A DNA stretch of 63,306 bases, counting the filler, from Globobulimina sp. (lineage: Eukaryota), in NCBI GenBank assembly GCA_003354225.1. It is 27 parts of 27 records of this genome, joined end to end, with 100 filler letters (N's around TTAATTAATTAA, not from the genome) between each part and the next. Parts side by side here need not be neighbours in the genome. Positions count along the whole stretch, not along the records: positions 58,715 to 60,960 come from PIVH01007907.1; positions 61,061 to 63,306 come from PIVH01007908.1; 25 more parts are not named here. One strand, 5' to 3'. The position numbers and the translations under genes were made by a program. Below, piece after piece: positions 58,913 to 63,306 of this stretch. The notes beneath the pieces are model-generated. The model did no database searches and was not told where the DNA came from. It saw only the letters and a list, made by a program, of their open reading frames with translations. How positions within the stretch are numbered: the stretch's first letter is position 1; each line of letters opens with the position of its first letter.

Positions 58913-60960
58913 ATGTCGTTTAAAATGCCGCAGCCAATGCCATTTTACCCCAACCAAATGGGCTGGCAATGCAATTATCCAAAGAGGTTCCTCAACAAAC
59001 ACAAGCAATATTTCTCGCCATTCCGCGAGTTCCTAATTGAATGCAATGAAAATGGCATCATCAGCAGGCAAGAGACCGTGTCTATGATACCGGTGCTATT
59101 CCTATCCAAGTATCTAAGCTCTGACGATATTGTGCTGGATATGTGTGCTGCTCCCGGCAATAAAACCGCACAGATGTTAGAATTATTAAATTATGATTTA
59201 AATGGACAGTATTTAGCGGGCAAACACAAGGGATTTATAATTGGGAATGATGCGGATGAGAAAAGAGCGCATATTATGGTTCACCAATTGAAAAGACTTG
59301 GAATTAATAAGTTTGTCGTAACCAATAAATTGGCGCAGTGTATACCGCGATTAAAGGCCTTTGATGGCACAGATATTGCGATTGATAATATTTTATGTGA
59401 TGTTCCATGTTCCAGGTACTACTATCTCCCCCTACGAATTAATAAAATAAAATAAATATGAATTAATTTAATACAGTGACGGTACGTTAAGAAAAAGTTG
59501 CGATTTATGGAAAAAATGGACCACTGCTTATGGAAATGGGTTGCATTCTGTTCAACTTTCCATATTAATCCATGCTCTCCACTTAGTAAAAGTATGTATA
59601 ATATGTTTATGTTTGACTTAATTGACGGATTTATATGGATTTATACACTGTGCATAGCCCGGTGGACGAGTGTTATATTCGACGTGTTCCTTTAATCCGA
59701 TTGAGAATGAAGCGGTGATTGCCAGTGCTTTATTGCAATTAAATCATTATTATTCAAAATTGGATGAAAATGGCGCTGTCGAAGTAAGTGTGGAATTGGT
59801 GGATTGCAGTAAAGATTTGCTTGAATTGAAGAGAAACAAAGGATTGAATGAATGGTATGTATGGGATAAAAATATGACTGATATGTATGAGACCTATGAC
59901 GACGTTGCTAACAACAGAAGGAAATTTGTGAAGAGGACCATGTTTAATCCGGTGTTTCGACAGAAATGTCAAGCAATTAAAGATAAAGTAATGCAATATT
60001 TGCAATTACAACGTTGTATGAGATTTTTACCACATTTCCATGACACCGGTGGATTTTTTGTAGCTGTCTTACATAAGAAAATCATCAAAAAAAACAAGGA
60101 TAAAAATAAAAATAAAAATGAGCAAAGCGACGAATTAAAAGATGGCGGGATATTGGACAACGAGGCTTTATTTGAAATTGAAAGAAGAGAATTTGACCGA
60201 AGAAATGTATGGAATGATAATGTACCATATTTTAAAATGAATAAATTACAAACTTATCAAGTTGAATTAGCACAATTAGTGACACATTTTGGGCTCAAAA
60301 TACGTGACCATGACCATAATGAAGAGAAAAAGAATGAAAATGACGACAATGATATCGATCAAGTGCCATATTTTGATCCTAATGAATTATTAGTTCGCGG
60401 CTTAGTGAATCCGAGATCTTTATGGTTTGTTCCCAAATCCATTGCAAATATTATAGCAAATCCATCCAATCATCACTTACGAGTTAAGTCCGAACAAATA
60501 CATCCTGAAAATCCGAAATTATAAAATCCGAAATATATAGATTTTGCAAAGTGGCTGTCGTGCATTTGTTCGCCATGACACTAAAGTGACCGAACATGCA
60601 TGTAAATGGAGGTTGGGCCAGGACGGCTGTTTGTTTTTAAGTAAATATTTAACGAAACAAATTGTACGTTTACCCATAGAATTATTTCTAATGCATTGCT
60701 TTTTGGGGAAGTTAGAATTTGAGAAAGTGGAGAATTTGGAGAATGGCAAATATAAACCGTTGGTAGATGATGTAATGAGGAAACAAACGGGTGGACCAAT
60801 TGTAATCTCACTGAATGAAAATGCGATGAGTGTTATGATGAATGATGCGTATAAGTCATTGAGTGGATGGAAGTGTTATCATCGGATTGATTTAATGGTT
60901 AAGAAACATCAAATATTGTTATTACAGACACATTTGAAGAATATTTATAAGGATGAATGT
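58913..60960 (+). CDS. NSUN2: tRNA (cytosine-5)-methyltransferase NSUN2/Trm4; introns 59416-59476, 59592-59657, 60483-60540; partial
   Basis: G.ISRQETVSMIP, VLDMCAAPGNKTAQ, spliced LCDVPCSSDGTLRK, GLHSVQL.IL, PGGRVLYSTCSFNPIENEAV and CMRFLPH.HDTGGFFVAVL. Confidence 0.95.
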
Positions 60961-61623
60961 NNNNNNNNNNNNNNNNNNNNNNNNNNNNNNNNNNNNNNNN
61001 NNNNTTAATTAATTAANNNNNNNNNNNNNNNNNNNNNNNNNNNNNNNNNNNNNNNNNNNNATTCAAAAGCAACTGCGGATGAAAAGAAAAAAACTATGAA
61101 ATATGCACATTTCATATAAAATAAGTATTAAAGTATTCAGAGACTGAGAGTGAAAAATAAAATAAATAATGAAAAATAATTTAAAGAAAAATATTATTAT
61201 TACAATATTATTTGCCATTGTTTTCTGTTTTATTTTTCATTATTTGTTATTTTATTTGTCATTGTTTTTCAATTTATTTGTCGCTGAGATGTTGGCGTTC
61301 GACTGAGCAGACTACTAAACCGATTGAGGAAATGTTGGAGGATCCGCCGCGGAAAAAGTGAACGAGAAGAAAGAAGTGGAAATTGAGATATTTGAGTTGA
61401 ATGCCGAGAGTCCGACGTATAAAGAAAATGGGGAAACATTGCAATGTATGGAATATAAAAAAGGTGATCGGGACTGGCAAACTGGAAGCAATGGCTGTAA
61501 TATTGGCGGATTGCAAGCTTATCAAAAATATTTGCTTGTTATTAATGCAAATGTGCCATCAGTCGGTATTAAAAATATTCGCGTTTTGTTGGGAGTTTTT
61601 AACTAACTGCTTCAGTAAAACGC

Positions 61624-62577
61624 ATGTCGCAAACGAGTAAGTTTACAAATGGCGATGGGAATAGCATAAATAATGCAATGGATCGCATAAATCCAGCTGT
61701 AAATAACATAGAAAATGACGCGATGTGCATTATGGATTTCCCGACAGCGATAATAGACGAAATATTTATATTTTTAAAAATCGTCGATTATGTTTGTAAT
61801 GTGATGTTAGTCTGCAAAGAGTGGAATATTAATAGCAAGGATATGATGAATAAATCGCGGTTAATACGGCAAATGGTATACCATTCATGTAAACACAAAT
61901 TAATTTATACGGAGTCGATAAGACGGAAACAGTCAATCACAGCATATGATATCATGCATGAATATGAATTAAGCGCATCATTCACAGCCTGTTCCTATAC
62001 ATTAATGAGTGCAGCCACGCAGTTTCCAGAGGGATTGGAGGACGACGGACTCTATCTTGCGGCTGTAAGGAGCGCATTGATTCCATATCCATTGTACTTC
62101 GATGTAAATGAGGCTGCGGTGAGAATAAGAACGAGTTATCAGTATTTATTTAATTATATTCATGTGTTACATTTTGGGCCACCAACTGAGCAAAACAAGC
62201 ATCAGTTATTTATCCTTTTAATGCGCTTATTATTTAGCGGCGGCGCCTTATGTTGCGGATTTATGCTGGATTTGTTAGTGGAAAAATATGAAAAACATGA
62301 AAATGTCGCAAATCGTAAAAAGGTAAAAAGGTTTTTTTGGTTCATGTTTGTTCGTATGTTTCGATCGTATTTTAAACATTACTCATTTTATATGAAACAT
62401 AAACAAATCTGGGTCATAACCCAAAATTTTTATTGCTTATTGGACGTTGCTCAACGAAATCTGCAGCAATTTGAACCCATTTGTTTTGGAAACATACCGT
62501 GGATCGTATGGGCCAATAAGATGGAACGATGCAATAAGAGTCATGAACTTTGCTATATTGTCAAGCAATTGCAATGA
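61624..62577 (+). CDS. F-box protein
   Basis: IMDFPTAIIDEIFIFL.......VMLVCKEWN. Confidence 0.75.
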   Translation: MSQTSKFTNGDGNSINNAMDRINPAVNNIENDAMCIMDFPTAIIDEIFIFLKIVDYVCNVMLVCKEWNINSKDMMNKSRLIRQMVYHSCKHKLIYTESIRRKQSITAYDIMHEYELSASFTACSYTLMSAATQFPEGLEDDGLYLAAVRSALIPYPLYFDVNEAAVRIRTSYQYLFNYIHVLHFGPPTEQNKHQLFILLMRLLFSGGALCCGFMLDLLVEKYEKHENVANRKKVKRFFWFMFVRMFRSYFKHYSFYMKHKQIWVITQNFYCLLDVAQRNLQQFEPICFGNIPWIVWANKMERCNKSHELCYIVKQLQ

Positions 62578-62926
62578 ATTATATTTCTTTAAATGTATAT
62601 AAATCAACTCTGCATTTCCTCGTAATGTTGGTAGCTTCGTGTGATGTTATCATCGATATAATCGATATAAATATAAACGTCATCAAAATCTGTGCCATTC
62701 TCAACAAATGTTCTTATTTTGACTGAAAAACGTTTGCCACGCTTTTGTTCCTTCATCAACAGAATTTGCTGTCTCATTAGATTTGTTTGTTAACGTTTTG
62801 CAGGTTTCAGTTCGTAGCGACGTCATTATGTAAATATTTTTTTTTTGTGCTGATAATAATAATAGAAAAAACTTAAAAGCTATTCAGCACATATTTATAG
62901 TATCTGTCAAAAGAAAAGACGCAACA

Positions 62927-63306
62927 ATGTTCATCATATATTTGTTGGTTATGATTAGTAAATTGCATGCACAGAATTTGGTGGAAGAATTCTTTCCCCA
63001 TCGTCAATTTGAGTGTAATGCAGCTGGAGAAACCTATGAAACTGAATTTACTTTTTTACAAGGTTTAGGTCGTGGATTTGTTCATGCCGAGCCGCATAGA
63101 ATCTTTTTTGAATATTATTTCCCTGCTCAACACTGGGTTGCTTTTGCTACGGCAGACCAATCCATTCAAGGTGAAAAAAATGAATGTTCCTTATGTTATT
63201 TTGATAATTATTATCCACTCCCACCCAATAAAAACCATTCCAATTTATACCCAAACTGCATCGAAGAATGTTTAGATGAAACCATATTTGTCGGCACTGT
63301 CAATTC
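62927..63306 (+). CDS. Secreted protein N-terminus, 3' partial
   Basis: Open frame MFIIYLLVMISKLHAQNLVEEFF... to the window end, with a signal-peptide-like start. Not in the ORF track. Confidence 0.55.
   Translation, partial: MFIIYLLVMISKLHAQNLVEEFFPHRQFECNAAGETYETEFTFLQGLGRGFVHAEPHRIFFEYYFPAQHWVAFATADQSIQGEKNECSLCYFDNYYPLPPNKNHSNLYPNCIEECLDETIFVGTVN

Noticed and set aside
2252-61060. Regularly spaced TTAATTAATTAA motif and ORFs running into N tracts
   Set aside because: Artificial concatenation linker. The periodicity, the X-containing ORF ends and any cross-spacer gene neighbourhoods are artefacts.

Overview
This is not one locus. It is 27 unrelated contigs of about 2.25 kb (2251 down to 2246 bp, sorted by length), joined by 100-nt N spacers that carry TTAATTAATTAA, so adjacency across spacers means nothing. 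About 26 contigs are AT-rich eukaryotic DNA with short (58-96 nt) GT-AG introns, many frameshifted or stop-interrupted genes, and N/Q-rich low-complexity proteins. They resemble a foraminiferan or other rhizarian protist, which is my inference and not a tested assignment. Recognisable genes are exocyst Sec5/EXOC2, an axonemal dynein heavy chain, NSUN2/Trm4, an omega-like GST, a quinone oxidoreductase, DUF924, a CAP59-like glycosyltransferase, an LDLa-repeat receptor, and LIM, F-box, BTB, SAM-RING, EF-hand, RPEL and JmjC/cupin proteins. One contig (35241-37488) is bacterial and holds an IS30-family and an IS481-family element in tandem, resembling Patescibacteria/CPR sequence. The main observations are: (1) a telomerase TERT N-terminal (TEN/GQ) domain followed by two zinc fingers; (2) a decayed Penelope-like retroelement with a long extra C-terminal tail and a minimal U3-A8 variant hammerhead ribozyme; (3) a hairpin intron in the GST gene with splice signals on both strands (introner-like); (4) three genes each interrupted by one in-frame TAA; (5) a JmjC protein with an HxA halogenase-type metal motif; (6) very tight head-to-head gene pairs; (7) several MITE-like and pogo-like repeats shared between contigs.
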